This document shows positions 31,898 to 42,341 of a stretch of 64,000 bases of DNA, piece after piece. The notes beneath the pieces were generated by a model. The model saw only the letters and a program-made list of their open reading frames with translations, was not told the DNA's origin and did not search any database. The translations under genes were made by a program, and so were the position numbers. The DNA is taken from contig JBEKHN010000003.1 in the NCBI GenBank assembly GCA_050012255.1, positions 113,992 through 177,991 on the forward strand. Reading direction: 5' to 3'. Positions within the stretch are counted from its first letter, which is position 1, and each line of letters begins with the position of its first letter. This DNA comes from Candidatus Bathyarchaeia archaeon (GTDB lineage: Archaea > Thermoproteota > Bathyarchaeia > Bathyarchaeales > Bathycorpusculaceae).

Positions 31898-32092
31898 TCA
31901 TACTATCTTCGCGATTTGCATAACCTCAATTTTTTCGGGCAATCCTGTTTCCTTGGGTATCTTCCACCCTTTCTCCGTCTTAACATCAAACCAGTAAGCA
32001 TAAAATTTCCTGCTTTCCATGAACCGTTCAAAAAGTGGATGTCCAACGTCGCCCACACCAACGATTTTCAAACCTTTCATTTGGTGCTTCAC
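31898..32092 (-). CDS. Small hypothetical protein
   Basis: 64-aa ORF co-oriented with the DUF354 gene. Confidence 0.45.
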   Translation of the reverse strand: MKHQMKGLKIVGVGDVGHPLFERFMESRKFYAYWFDVKTEKGWKIPKETGLPEKIEVMQIAKIV

Positions 32093-32154
32093 TCATTGGG
32101 ACATCAAAATTACCGGGGTTACACGCAAACGTGAATATACGATGCGGGAACTTC

Positions 32155-33162
32155 TCATGCGCCGATTTTCTTTACAACATCAGCAATAACGTCAACTGGA
32201 TTTTCAAGCTCAGCCAGCAAATGTTTAACGTCATACTTCTTGCCAAGGAGTTTCTCCGCAAGTCTCAACGCGTCCGCGGGTTCAACCCTGAAAATCGGAA
32301 AGCCTTTCTTGGCTAAAAACTCATTTACGTGTTGTTTTCGAAATAGGTTAACAATTATTGCAGGTATTCCCTGCAGCGCTGCTTCTCGTGTACTGGTGCC
32401 TCCAACGCCGACGAAAAGATCAGCTTGTGCAATTAGGCTGGCCGAATCAACGAACCCTTTGGGCACAATTAGGTCTTTGATAGATTTGCGAGTGTACCTT
32501 GAAAGAAACACAACTTTTCCAAGCAGGGGCAGCTTTTTTGCTAACGCAAGGAGGTCTACTTTCTCTTTGGTGTAGACGGCTCTTTCTTCAAGCTGCCTAA
32601 CCACGATCAGTGGTTTTCCGAAATCAAACTTTGTCTTCGGCTCATAGTTCTTGATCCATGCGACCTCGTCCACGCCGTCAAAACTTTTTATTTGTCCCCC
32701 AGTGTTGTAGGTTTGCAAGATTCTTCTTGGAATTGCTTTTGAGGCAATGATGTAATCTGACAAGGTTAGCGTAAGTCTGTGCACGGCCTCTGCATAAGGA
32801 GTGTCGACCGTTGAGATTATTGGGACTCCTAAACCAAACGCTACTCTGCATTGGTCCACGGAGCCATGCGAGATGGCAACGTCCAGAGTGTCTTGGTCAA
32901 AGATCTTGCAGAAAAATCGCTGTCGGCGGATGCTTTCTTTCAGTCTTGTCATCAGGGATTTGGGGTTGTACCTCCCTGCTACGATGAACTCTTCTTCCAA
33001 AAACTCGGCCAGCGGCAGGGTGTCTGGGTGCTTCCTTGTGGTTAGTGTGACTTCATGTCCCAAGCTTCGGAGACGTCTTGCAATCGCGACGGCATATCTC
33101 ACTTGTTTTCCTGTGCCAGCGTCATACCAGATCTTCATTTTCGAACCCTCAAGAATTGGCAC
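32155..33162 (-). CDS. DUF354 family (GT-B fold) protein
   Basis: KIWYDAGTGK, GVDEVAW, GGTSTREAALQGIP; start probably MKIWYD at 33138. Confidence 0.8.
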   Translation of the reverse strand: MPILEGSKMKIWYDAGTGKQVRYAVAIARRLRSLGHEVTLTTRKHPDTLPLAEFLEEEFIVAGRYNPKSLMTRLKESIRRQRFFCKIFDQDTLDVAISHGSVDQCRVAFGLGVPIISTVDTPYAEAVHRLTLTLSDYIIASKAIPRRILQTYNTGGQIKSFDGVDEVAWIKNYEPKTKFDFGKPLIVVRQLEERAVYTKEKVDLLALAKKLPLLGKVVFLSRYTRKSIKDLIVPKGFVDSASLIAQADLFVGVGGTSTREAALQGIPAIIVNLFRKQHVNEFLAKKGFPIFRVEPADALRLAEKLLGKKYDVKHLLAELENPVDVIADVVKKIGA

Positions 33163-33629
33163 GAGACCATTTTTGCCGTGAGGTGGTCTTCGTCGGTGTT
33201 TCCGATGAACAGGATGTTTGGCAGAGGCGTTCTAAGCTTTTCTGCGGCAGTCTTGAGCTGTTCAGCTCTGTCGAGGCAGTTTTCTCTTGTGATAATAAGG
33301 TTGAATGACAAACCTAAACGTTCGAGGACGGTCTGCACCAAAGCCTTGCCCTGCATCGTTACGAGAACCCTGGGCTTCTCAGAAAACTTCTTGTACAGGG
33401 CAATTCCCTCGTCATTTGATTTCATGCCTGCAAGCGCTTCGACCTCGGCTCTATCCCAAGCTTTGAAAAGTTGTTTTCTTGCTTTTTCATCCAGTTTAGA
33501 AATTGTCTTTGTTAATGGGCGCACATTATCAGTCTTCATGATTTTGCCGAATTCTCGAAAAAGCCTCTCGTAATCTATTGGCAGATGAATCAATGTTCCG
33601 TCGAGGTCAAATATCACAGCTTCGATCAA
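33135..33629 (-). CDS. HAD-superfamily hydrolase
   Basis: FDLDGTL motif I. Confidence 0.85.
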   Translation of the reverse strand: MIEAVIFDLDGTLIHLPIDYERLFREFGKIMKTDNVRPLTKTISKLDEKARKQLFKAWDRAEVEALAGMKSNDEGIALYKKFSEKPRVLVTMQGKALVQTVLERLGLSFNLIITRENCLDRAEQLKTAAEKLRTPLPNILFIGNTDEDHLTAKMVSCQFLRVRK

Positions 33630-34699
33630 CGGTACATTTCCCCGAGGACCTTCCCATTCTTAACCAGTCTTGCGGGCGCGTCAATATGGCGGATCCAATA
33701 GGTGTTCTCCGGCAGAATGTTATACTTTGGCACTTTTGGTAGGTTTTCTTTGAACGCAAGCCTCACGTACAAGTATGGAATGTTAGCGCAATAATCCTTG
33801 CGTAACACTTTGCTTGCGTAAGAGAAGAAAAAGGACGTGGTGAACATTCTTCCAGCGTTGATTTCTGTCACGCAAGGCTGTCCTTCTTTGTTTTCTTTCA
33901 AGTCCACACAGGCGATCCCGTTGAAATCAGGGTCGATGGCTAAGACGGCCCTTGTCCCAATCTCATTTGCCTTGTCGTCGCAAATGGTTTTCTGGGTCGC
34001 AGGCGTGCCCGTAACACCTGAAGGAGCGAGGTTTGGATAGATGTACTCGAGGCGTTCTCTTGCCATAGACGTGACGAGTTCGCCGTCCTTCCATAAACTG
34101 TGGAAGCCTATGTTTCTTCCTGGCAAATACTCCTGTGCAATGAATTTCCAATTCATTCTTCGGGATTTCCAATACTCAATCCATGCCAAAGCAGTTTTCT
34201 TGTTGAAGGCCGCGGTGCTTCCCCTGCCACCAGCACCATGTCTAGCCCTAATCCAAATGGGGCTTCCAAACTCTTCAAACGCCTTGTCAACATCTGATTC
34301 TCCATGCAGCTCAAGTGCTCTCCCAGCTGGAACATCGCCTCTATGCCATATTCTTGCAGATTCTAGTTTATCCTGACATTTTCGTATGGCTTCTTTCGAT
34401 GGGAGGAAAACATCTGCATCCAGTCTTTCACGGTTTTCTGAAACAGTTGCCACCTCAACATCTGGCTGAGCATGGATAAATTCAACTTTCTCTTTCCGCG
34501 TGACCTCATTTAACCTTTCAATATAGGTAGCTTCAGTTGCTTCAGGAACTGGATAATTCTTATCTCCAGAAGCTAAGTGTATGAAATATTCGTTGGCTTC
34601 CGTTCCGACTATAAACATCTTTTCAGGTGCAATTCTCAGAGACTTGACAAAATTCAGTCCAGCTGGTCCTCCAGCACCTGTAACCAGAATTCTCTTCAT
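33626..34699 (-). CDS. ATP-grasp domain protein (CarB-like, glycan-cluster type)
   Basis: VTGAGG, CQDK, QEYLPG, TEINAGR. Confidence 0.85.
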   Translation of the reverse strand: MKRILVTGAGGPAGLNFVKSLRIAPEKMFIVGTEANEYFIHLASGDKNYPVPEATEATYIERLNEVTRKEKVEFIHAQPDVEVATVSENRERLDADVFLPSKEAIRKCQDKLESARIWHRGDVPAGRALELHGESDVDKAFEEFGSPIWIRARHGAGGRGSTAAFNKKTALAWIEYWKSRRMNWKFIAQEYLPGRNIGFHSLWKDGELVTSMARERLEYIYPNLAPSGVTGTPATQKTICDDKANEIGTRAVLAIDPDFNGIACVDLKENKEGQPCVTEINAGRMFTTSFFFSYASKVLRKDYCANIPYLYVRLAFKENLPKVPKYNILPENTYWIRHIDAPARLVKNGKVLGEMYR

Positions 34700-34868
34700 G
34701 TTTGCATACCCACGATTGCCTCAAGAGGCTGCGCAGACTCTTGTCGCAATTTTTTGCTTTGCATATACAGATTACATCCTAATATTTGTTCTCTTGCAGC
34801 CAAACTCTAACAAGATAATGTTTCGAGACTCAAGGAAACTGGAAGTCCAGCTTGGTAGGGACCGCGAA

Positions 34869-34997
34869 GGAGAAAGGAAAATTGAGAATATTCTCTGGAA
34901 TAGTGCTTATGCCGCTCTTGATAGTCAGGTGGACGCTGGCGTTTAAGATCCACCAGTCAAAGCTGGAACGAGCGGGGACACTGGCATATTCCAATAG
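34869..34997 (+). pseudogene. Frameshifted RBS + signal-peptide relic
   Basis: GGAGAAAGGA then LRIFSGIVLMPLLIVRWTLAFKI, continuing PVKAGT after a 1-nt shift; similar to the leader of 35069. Confidence 0.55.
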
Positions 34998-35068
34998 CAA
35001 CACCATAGAAACTTCGTCCACAATGAATATCTGCTGATTTAACCAGTATAGCTATTGGAGAAAGGAGG

Positions 35069-36766
35069 TTGTCAAAGGGCGTAGTTTCTGGAACAATGCT
35101 GGCACTGCCGTTAATAGGCATGTTATTACTAATATTAACTGTTCAACCCGTTGAAACGAGTAATTACACACGTTTCAAAAACCTAACAACCACTCCCCAA
35201 GGTACCCTTCATGGTTGGCTCGATTACTTCGCTTCCTCTGTCAATTGGACAGAAAGCATGGATACAAAGTATTTAGGATATATCTTCGGTGAAACTACTT
35301 TAGCCGATTTACAGCAAAGTATCGGAACTATGACAAATTGGCAAGACGTTCTAACATGGAGCGCCAGACTCCATAAATATGATGGTTCCAACGGTTACAC
35401 TGACAACCAGACGAAGATTCAATGGGCGTTAGACAACGCAACGATGCTCACAAGTCAAGGCTTGCCCAACAGTACAAACTTAGGAAGTCCAACCTCTGAC
35501 TATTTTTCCGTTTACAACAGAGAATGGCTCTGGGGCTACTACTGGGCGATTAACTACGGCTATGACTTGTCAAAGTGGAATCTGACATTAGCTTACAGCA
35601 ATTTTAGAACTGCGTGGGTTAATCATGGCAGCGGATTTTTATGGTACTACACCACTACCAGTGTTTATGATGCTGGTCCACGCTACTATGATGAAGAGGC
35701 AGAAACAATAGCGTGTTTCTTACAGTTTTATGATTTCAATGTCACAAATGCTCTGCAAGACGCACAAACCGAGTGGAATAGGGTTAATCAAAACGCTAGG
35801 TCTGGGGGATGGTGGAACTCTGGAAACGAGACCGAACTAGCTCACTATCAATACCTCAATGGAACAGGCGTTGGTCCAGATCGTTGGGAATGTGAAGCTG
35901 GAGGTTTCCTTGAGATAGCAGCATGGTTAAAATATGAAAATGGCAGTACGGCGTATTCAACTAATCTTCTTACTGACTTTGAAAACCGTTTCCTATCAAG
36001 CTTGTGGCAATCTCCGCAGTGGAATAATTATGTTGTTGTCCATGCCTACTCACAATTTGGCTTCAGTAACCCTCAGCTTCGCCTACCAAATACACTCATG
36101 GCTTGGACTTCTATGCTAGGAATGTTCAACCTTTTCAATGCGACGTATCAGCATGATATAACTAATCTCTTGCAAGGTTACACTGCATCCAATATTACAT
36201 ATTCTCCAGCTTGGAATCTTTTGATGTTCAATTCAACGCTCTTTTCCTCTGATACGTATCAGTTCGCATTGACAAGCCCTTCTGGAACTACAACCAACAT
36301 TGCTACTGCTCTTGCCACAGCTTTAATGTTTGAACTTGGCCTAGTTCCCATAAACGCAACACTGGCAGTTCCAATCGAAGAAATGCACTACGAATACACT
36401 TATAATATGTTAGACCATGACTTGTTTAATATCAACCTCACTGCAAGAAACGTTACGTTGAGTATTGCGAAAAACGGAACTGTGGCTTTTATATTCAATT
36501 CTACCATTAACTGGAGCTTCAGTCAAGATGGAGTGTACGTAGTTGAGTTTAGCACCGACTGGAACAGCATAACAAGTGTTGCAAGAATCGGCGATCTGCC
36601 AAGTAACAGGAAATATCTGCTTCAAGCATTCATTACCCTTTCACCGCACTCTTCTCTAGGAACAACCGTCTTAGAAGGTCCATACTACACTTGGGGTGGA
36701 ACAGAATACTGGATTGTGGGATTGAGAGGAAAACGTCCAATGCGTCTAGTCTCCATGTATTGTTAG
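35069..36766 (+). CDS. Secreted, probably heavily N-glycosylated protein of unknown function
   Basis: Sec signal (VSGTMLALPLIGMLLLILTVQPVETS); about 20 N-x-S/T sequons counted by eye; W/Y/N/T-rich. Confidence 0.8.
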   Translation: MSKGVVSGTMLALPLIGMLLLILTVQPVETSNYTRFKNLTTTPQGTLHGWLDYFASSVNWTESMDTKYLGYIFGETTLADLQQSIGTMTNWQDVLTWSARLHKYDGSNGYTDNQTKIQWALDNATMLTSQGLPNSTNLGSPTSDYFSVYNREWLWGYYWAINYGYDLSKWNLTLAYSNFRTAWVNHGSGFLWYYTTTSVYDAGPRYYDEEAETIACFLQFYDFNVTNALQDAQTEWNRVNQNARSGGWWNSGNETELAHYQYLNGTGVGPDRWECEAGGFLEIAAWLKYENGSTAYSTNLLTDFENRFLSSLWQSPQWNNYVVVHAYSQFGFSNPQLRLPNTLMAWTSMLGMFNLFNATYQHDITNLLQGYTASNITYSPAWNLLMFNSTLFSSDTYQFALTSPSGTTTNIATALATALMFELGLVPINATLAVPIEEMHYEYTYNMLDHDLFNINLTARNVTLSIAKNGTVAFIFNSTINWSFSQDGVYVVEFSTDWNSITSVARIGDLPSNRKYLLQAFITLSPHSSLGTTVLEGPYYTWGGTEYWIVGLRGKRPMRLVSMYC

Positions 36767-36846
36767 CTCCGAGACATCAAATCACTCGCATCTAAGAAAC
36801 ACTGTACACAATGGTACATTAAAAGGGGACATATAGCAGCAGCACA

Positions 36847-36860
36847 GAAAACCTTAATTT
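36847..36860 (+). promoter_or_regulatory. BRE/TATA-like promoter of tRNA-Val
   Basis: GAAAACCTTAATTT about 40 nt upstream of the tRNA. Confidence 0.5.
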
Positions 36861-36895
36861 GAGGCTACTTAGTGAAGAAAAGACAGAAAATGAGA

Positions 36896-36973
36896 GGGCC
36901 GGTCGTCTAGCTTGGTTAGGACATTGGCTTTACGAGCCAAAGGTCGCCGGTTCAAGTCCGGTCCGGCCCACCA
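36896..36973 (+). tRNA. tRNA-Val (anticodon TAC), CCA encoded, no intron
   Basis: Acceptor GGGCCGG/CCGGCCC, anticodon arm TTGGC-TTTACGA-GCCAA, T-loop TTCAAGT, ACCA end. Confidence 0.97.
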
Positions 36974-37077
36974 AGAACTTTCTTTACCGAAAGAAACTCA
37001 GCATGCGTTGATGCCAATGAGCCTCACATGAACTGTGCGAAAAACCAAAAAAGAAAAAAGAGAATTGTCCTGACGTT

Positions 37078-37737
37078 CTAATCTTTTGTGAATTCTTCTC
37101 CAGGTTTAAGCAGGATGACTTGGATTTTGGATTTCGCTTCTACATCGTTCTTTAGTTCACTAGGACTTGTGTTCCACCTGTGCATTGGGATGACGAATTG
37201 TGGTTTGATTGCCAACGCCGCCTCTGCAGCCTCAGGGTTGTCCATGGTGTAGGTTCCACCGCTGGGGAGTAACGCGAGGTAGACGTTTCTGAGGTTTCTC
37301 ATCTCTGGAATGAAGTCTGTGTCTCCTGCATGATAGATGGTTTTGTCCCCTATCGTTATCAGATATCCGACTCCGAAGCCTTTTGGATGGAATGGGTTGC
37401 CAGGAGACCTGAACCTCTTGTAGTTGTAAGCTGCGACGGCTTCCACCGTGACGGCTCCGAGAGAAACCTTTTCTCCAGGCTTAAGCGACTTCACGTTTCC
37501 TCCTATCTTCGAGACGCAATCGGCCGGGGCAATGACTAAGGCGTCTTCCTTTCGGATCTTCTTTATTTTCGACCTGTCGCAATGGTCATCATGGGAGTGG
37601 GAGACCAATATCAGGTCCGGTTTGTCCTTGTATTCTCCTTCAAAAGGATCGATGTAAATTGTCTTATCGTCGGCCTTTATCTCAAAGCTCGCGTGCCCTA
37701 ACCATTTGACAGAAATACCCATCTTAAACCAACCCAC
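37078..37737 (-). CDS. MBL-fold metallo-hydrolase
   Basis: WLGHASF, SHSHDDH, HAGDT, PMH. Confidence 0.9.
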   Translation of the reverse strand: MGWFKMGISVKWLGHASFEIKADDKTIYIDPFEGEYKDKPDLILVSHSHDDHCDRSKIKKIRKEDALVIAPADCVSKIGGNVKSLKPGEKVSLGAVTVEAVAAYNYKRFRSPGNPFHPKGFGVGYLITIGDKTIYHAGDTDFIPEMRNLRNVYLALLPSGGTYTMDNPEAAEAALAIKPQFVIPMHRWNTSPSELKNDVEAKSKIQVILLKPGEEFTKD

Positions 37738-37798
37738 TGCAATGGTACGTTTACGGAAGTATTACTTAAAGGCTTTAGCCCGCTCTAGGTCACCAGGT

Positions 37799-38661
37799 CT
37801 AATGAAGCGAAGATCTTTCTCTCTGCAGAAGTCCGTTTACTGCATTCACGAGGGCCTCGCATGCGGCTCGTCTGGTTTCGAGAGAGCCATCGATCTCAAG
37901 GTTCTCGATCTCTTTCTGTTGATCTCGTATCTGCTCGATGACGGGCTGCTTCTTTTTCTCGTATTCATCTCGGAGCCTCTCTTTTTCAGAACTGAAGTGT
38001 TGCAGGGTTAATGCGAGCTCGCTTTGTGCAGAGTTCAGTCTCTGGGTTGCCTCTGCCTCTTTTTGTGCCCTAGCCTTCTCCGAGACGCGTCTGAAGATGC
38101 CCGTTTTCATTCGAGCTATACGATCCAGCTCTTCTCTGAGACCATCAATATTGCTAGACAGACGCCTGATTTCACTAGCTTTCCGCCGTTCGATCTCTCT
38201 CGTCTTATCAGTATATTCTTCTTCGATTCGTTCAAGAAGAATTCTATTGCCCGAGAGGCCTTTGGTAATTCTGTCAAGCGTAGCCTCCTCGCGCCGTCTT
38301 TCCTCAAGCTCAACCTCAACATTCGAAAGTATCTCTGAACGTTCCTTCACGAATTGACCATCTACGCTTACGGTGGGACTTGACTCAAACTCAAATACAA
38401 CGTCTCTCAGGTCGACAAGCCAACTGCCGAAGTACTCACTGAAGGGGGAAAGAGCAAATCTCTGGTTTCCCAGGCTACGTAGCCTGTTTAGAGTCCTGTC
38501 CGAAACTTCTTCTAAGGTCGGAACATGATGCTCCTCTGACATGTAGCTGCTACTCGATCGGCGTTTCTGTCTTGTAGCTTTGGCTCTGGCCTTTTTACGT
38601 CGCGACATTCCATGTCCTCGGCCGGAGCTTCCGGGTGACCTTACCCGCGATTGGTATCCCA
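37799..38661 (-). CDS. Coiled-coil hypothetical protein
   Basis: E/R/K-rich heptads; probable start near 38661 (MGYQSR) rather than track 38809. Confidence 0.7.
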
Positions 38662-38738
38662 TGAACAAAACCTCTCGTATTTGAGTATTTAAAGCGTTAT
38701 CAGGTTTATCTATGCGACGATTAGCCCGGCTTGAAACG

Positions 38739-39491
38739 CTAGAATAGCACTTGACAGGGTATTCTTTCCTTTTCAAAGGCACTGGCAAGCTCTTTTTTCT
38801 TAGAGGCAAAGAAATCGTCAGTCATTGCATATTGCAATTTGAATTTCCTGTACACCCAGTCTGCGTAATGATAGTTCATCTTGTCGATTAGCACATAGTC
38901 CGCTCTTCTTCTTAGAAGAGCCGCCAGACCTTCGGCTTTCGGCAGTAGTGGCGCTATCATCGCGAAGGTTCTGATGCCTGCTGAACGAAGTTTCATGAGC
39001 GTTTCAATCCTTTCGCTGATCGGCGGCGAGTTGGGTTCAAACACCTTCCTAGTACCGTCGTCGGCTGTGGTAATAGTAACTCCGACTTCTACGTCGTTGA
39101 TTTTTCTGAGCAGGTCTACGTCTCGGTTCACGAGTGAGGATTTTGTCTGAACGGTAACGGGCCAAGCGTGTTTCGACAGCGCCATTAGGCACTTCTTCGT
39201 CAGCTCATATTTCTTTTCCAGAGGCTGGTAAGGGTCACATGTTCCACTCATCCAGACTCTGCCCGCTGTTTTCTTTTTCAACTCCACTTGCAGCAGGCTT
39301 GGTGCGTTGATCTTTGCATCCACGAACTCGCCCCACTCTTCCTTGTGACCAGTGTACCTCTTCATGAACCGTGCGTAACAGTATGTGCAGCCGCGCTCAC
39401 AACCAATGTAGGGATTAACGGAATAATCAAAGACCTTCGATTTGGACAGAATTGTCTTCGCATGAACTTCTTTGACGATCATGGCGGTCAA
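38739..39491 (-). CDS. Radical SAM protein (SplB/Rv2578c-like)
   Basis: NPYIGCERGCTYCYA, DPYQPLE, QTKS. Confidence 0.88.
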   Translation of the reverse strand: MTAMIVKEVHAKTILSKSKVFDYSVNPYIGCERGCTYCYARFMKRYTGHKEEWGEFVDAKINAPSLLQVELKKKTAGRVWMSGTCDPYQPLEKKYELTKKCLMALSKHAWPVTVQTKSSLVNRDVDLLRKINDVEVGVTITTADDGTRKVFEPNSPPISERIETLMKLRSAGIRTFAMIAPLLPKAEGLAALLRRRADYVLIDKMNYHYADWVYRKFKLQYAMTDDFFASKKKELASAFEKERIPCQVLF

Positions 39492-39669
39492 CTATTTCCA
39501 AGAACTGGCTGAAGTATGCAAAGAGCTTGGACGAGACTCTTGTTGTTCCAACATCATCTTTACACTGAAAACAGACATCATACAGTAGGCTATTAAGTCA
39601 GTCCCTTTCGCAGTGCGAGCTACATGCAAGGTCGCCGTCGCTTCTATATACCTAAGCTGCTGAAATGAA

Positions 39670-40077
39670 GTGTCTGTGAAGAACATGATGTTTGTCCACA
39701 CGAGCATCAGAACGAGCGATATGGACAGGTCCATCGACTTCTACACCAGGCTGCTGGGGCTCAAACTCGTGGGTCGACACGAAATACCGCAAAACAACGC
39801 TGAAATCGCATTTCTGCAGGACCCAGATGAAAAAGGAGCAAAGCTTGAACTGACCTTCTACAGGAAACAGAAGAAGTTCGTCCAACCCAACTACGAAGAC
39901 CGACTGTTCGACCACATCGCCTTCGAGATCAAAGACATGAAACAAACCATATCCAACATGCGAAAGAACAAGGTCACAGTCACAGACGAACCCTTCAAAC
40001 TCGGCCCAACCGGCCCCTTGATAGCATTCATAGAGGACCCTGACGGCACACTGATCGAACTCATCGAAAGAAAGTAG
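39670..40077 (+). CDS. VOC/glyoxalase (lactoylglutathione lyase-like)
   Basis: HTSIR, SIDFY, LELT, DHIAF, EDPDGTLIELI. Confidence 0.9.
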   Translation: MSVKNMMFVHTSIRTSDMDRSIDFYTRLLGLKLVGRHEIPQNNAEIAFLQDPDEKGAKLELTFYRKQKKFVQPNYEDRLFDHIAFEIKDMKQTISNMRKNKVTVTDEPFKLGPTGPLIAFIEDPDGTLIELIERK

Positions 40078-40466
40078 CTCATCACCAGTCCAGCCAAACC
40101 CGCACCCTTGAGTGACCAGCCAAAACGCGCCAAAAAATGAGGGCGCGCGATGTCTCATGTGAATGCCCGAAGTGAGGACTGGCACCCTAGGGCCAAGGGA
40201 AACGCGTTCGGGCAGGCTGTGATCAGAGAGATAAAAACAGAAAACGCTTTGACAGCGTAGTGCATTGAAAAGTCACGACCCTTGCCTAGACCTATGCCGA
40301 GCGCTCGACGCGTACTCTTCCTCAAGCCCGTACAAATCCACTAGGGCCTTCTCCAGCGCCTACGTGCAGTACTAGTACCCTAGGGGGGAGGGGGAGGGTG
40401 GAATAGACGGGGTGAAAACGCGAATACAGGGATGTAGCGTATGCCACCTGCGCGAAACAGAGCATG

Positions 40467-42341
40467 TTAACCCCTCCGTCGCACGTTGCGCAACGCTTTG
40501 TCAACGTCTTTCAGGCCTAGTTTTGCGAGAATCTCCGATGTGGGTATGCCGTTCTCGTCCCAGCCGACCGCCCTGTAGTATCTTTGCTTGTACTCTTCGA
40601 CCGCAGCCCTGTCCGCCTTCTTCCCCTTCTCGGGTCCGGATGGTAAAGGCTCGTAGAACCTCGGCGGGTTATCATCATCGACCCTCGGGTTCCACGTCAC
40701 GTCAGGCCCGCCTAGCAGCAGCAGCGTCCTCTGAAGCTGCAGCGTCTTCAAAGCCTTGTTCGTGCACCACTCTTTTTTCGTCAATTTTACACCCGTAACC
40801 GCAGAGTAGAAGTCGAACCGAACTTTCGGCGACCCTGCGAAGCTGTTGAAGCTGCAGAAGACTCCCGAATCGTTGAAAGTCTCCATCAGCTCGCTGTTCC
40901 TCTCAAGCGGCAGTCCCGTCAGCGACGTGTGGTCTCCGCATTGGACTCCGCAAGCGTAGGAGATGATTTCAGGAAAGTCCTTCCCACTGCGGATTCCGTG
41001 CGCGCCGATGCTTATGCCCTTTGACTGCACAGCGTAGGGCAACAGGTCCTTCTTCTTCATCTTCCCGAGTTTCAACGCCGCGCGGTACGTTCCTTCGGCC
41101 AGCACGTCACCTATGCCAGTTCGGAAAGCGATCTTCTTGACCAGGGCCGCGAAGGCGTCCGTGTTGCCCCACTTAAGCTCCAAACCGTCCAAGTTCTCTT
41201 TCGTCAGTATTCCTCTCTGATACAGCTCAGCCGCAAAGCCCATCACGTTGCCCGTCTGTATGCCGCACAGGCCCAGGTCGTCGACGAGCGACGAGAGAAA
41301 CACGTTCTCCTCAGGCACGAAGATGCCCAAGTTCGGTCCCAAGTAGGCCTGCATCTCATAGTCAGGGTTGTCGGTTATCGCTCCTTTGTACTTTCCATCC
41401 TTCACCACAGCGAGCTTCAGGCAAGTCGTCGGGCATCCGAAGTCGCCCCAGTACTGCTTCATCCAGAAGCGGTTCTCAAACTTGTCAACGCCGTAGCCCT
41501 TCTCATCATGCCACTCCTCCTGCCAGTTGCGCACCGGCTCGGAACTCGTTTTCGCTCCGAAATAGTAGCCTCCGCCTCCGGTTCCCCAGCGCCTCCACAT
41601 CTCCCCCTCGTACACATCGTTGCACAAGCTCTTGATCAGCCTCTTCACTCTGCCGATGTCAGCGGCTTCCGGCAGTGGACCCGTCCCTCTGACGGCGACT
41701 GCCTTGAGCTTCTTGGAACCCATAACCGCTCCGTAACCGCCGTAACCCGCAGCGTGCGACCATTTCGTCATCACAACGGCGGTTCGCACTTTGTTCTCGC
41801 CGGCTGGACCAACATACAGCATCGCAGGTTCCTTCCACTCGCCGAACCGGGGATAACGCTCATTCAGAAGCTGCCTACCTTCCTTGGTCAGCACGGTGAC
41901 CGTCTGCTTCCCATCCTTACCCCAAACGTGGCTGGCGTCTCGAAGCTCAACGTCTGAATCCTTAATGAACAGGTAAACCGGCTTCGCTGATTCACCGCTG
42001 ACGATCACGCCGTCAAAACCTGCACACCTCAACTCAACCCCAAACTCCCCCGAAAGCGTCGAGCCAACAACCCCGTTGCTCTGCGGAGACTTACCAGACA
42101 CACACGTTCTGCCTCCAGGAAAATACCCAGTCAGCGGCCCAGTCAAGAGTAACAACAGATTATCGGGTCCTAAAGGGTCCACCCTTTCCCATCTGTCGCC
42201 TAACCTGTCCCACAGGATCTTCGAGGCTAACCCCCTGCCACCAACATAATCTCCCAAAATCTCGTCGCTGAACCTTGTTTCCTTGATAGTCTGCGTTGAA
42301 AGGTCCACGTCAAGAAACTTTCCAGCATACCCCAGAATCAC
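40467..42341 (-). CDS. wor5: Tungsten-dependent aldehyde:ferredoxin oxidoreductase family, WOR5-type large subunit
   Basis: GGRGL, KSPQSNGVVGS, KEPAM, HAAGYGGYGAVMGSK recalled as WOR5-like; DFGCPTTC. Confidence 0.8.
   Translation of the reverse strand: MILGYAGKFLDVDLSTQTIKETRFSDEILGDYVGGRGLASKILWDRLGDRWERVDPLGPDNLLLLLTGPLTGYFPGGRTCVSGKSPQSNGVVGSTLSGEFGVELRCAGFDGVIVSGESAKPVYLFIKDSDVELRDASHVWGKDGKQTVTVLTKEGRQLLNERYPRFGEWKEPAMLYVGPAGENKVRTAVVMTKWSHAAGYGGYGAVMGSKKLKAVAVRGTGPLPEAADIGRVKRLIKSLCNDVYEGEMWRRWGTGGGGYYFGAKTSSEPVRNWQEEWHDEKGYGVDKFENRFWMKQYWGDFGCPTTCLKLAVVKDGKYKGAITDNPDYEMQAYLGPNLGIFVPEENVFLSSLVDDLGLCGIQTGNVMGFAAELYQRGILTKENLDGLELKWGNTDAFAALVKKIAFRTGIGDVLAEGTYRAALKLGKMKKKDLLPYAVQSKGISIGAHGIRSGKDFPEIISYACGVQCGDHTSLTGLPLERNSELMETFNDSGVFCSFNSFAGSPKVRFDFYSAVTGVKLTKKEWCTNKALKTLQLQRTLLLLGGPDVTWNPRVDDDNPPRFYEPLPSGPEKGKKADRAAVEEYKQRYYRAVGWDENGIPTSEILAKLGLKDVDKALRNVRRRG

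Noticed and set aside
36896-36973. tRNA-Val as attachment site of the glycan island
   Set aside because: No duplicated 3' end of this tRNA and no integrase found in the window
39652-40185. 177-aa minus-strand ORF and similar antisense ORFs in the track
   Set aside because: Shadows of well-supported genes on the opposite strand
40130-40460. SRP or RNase P RNA
   Set aside because: Conserved SRP helix 8 and RNase P P4 motifs not found by eye
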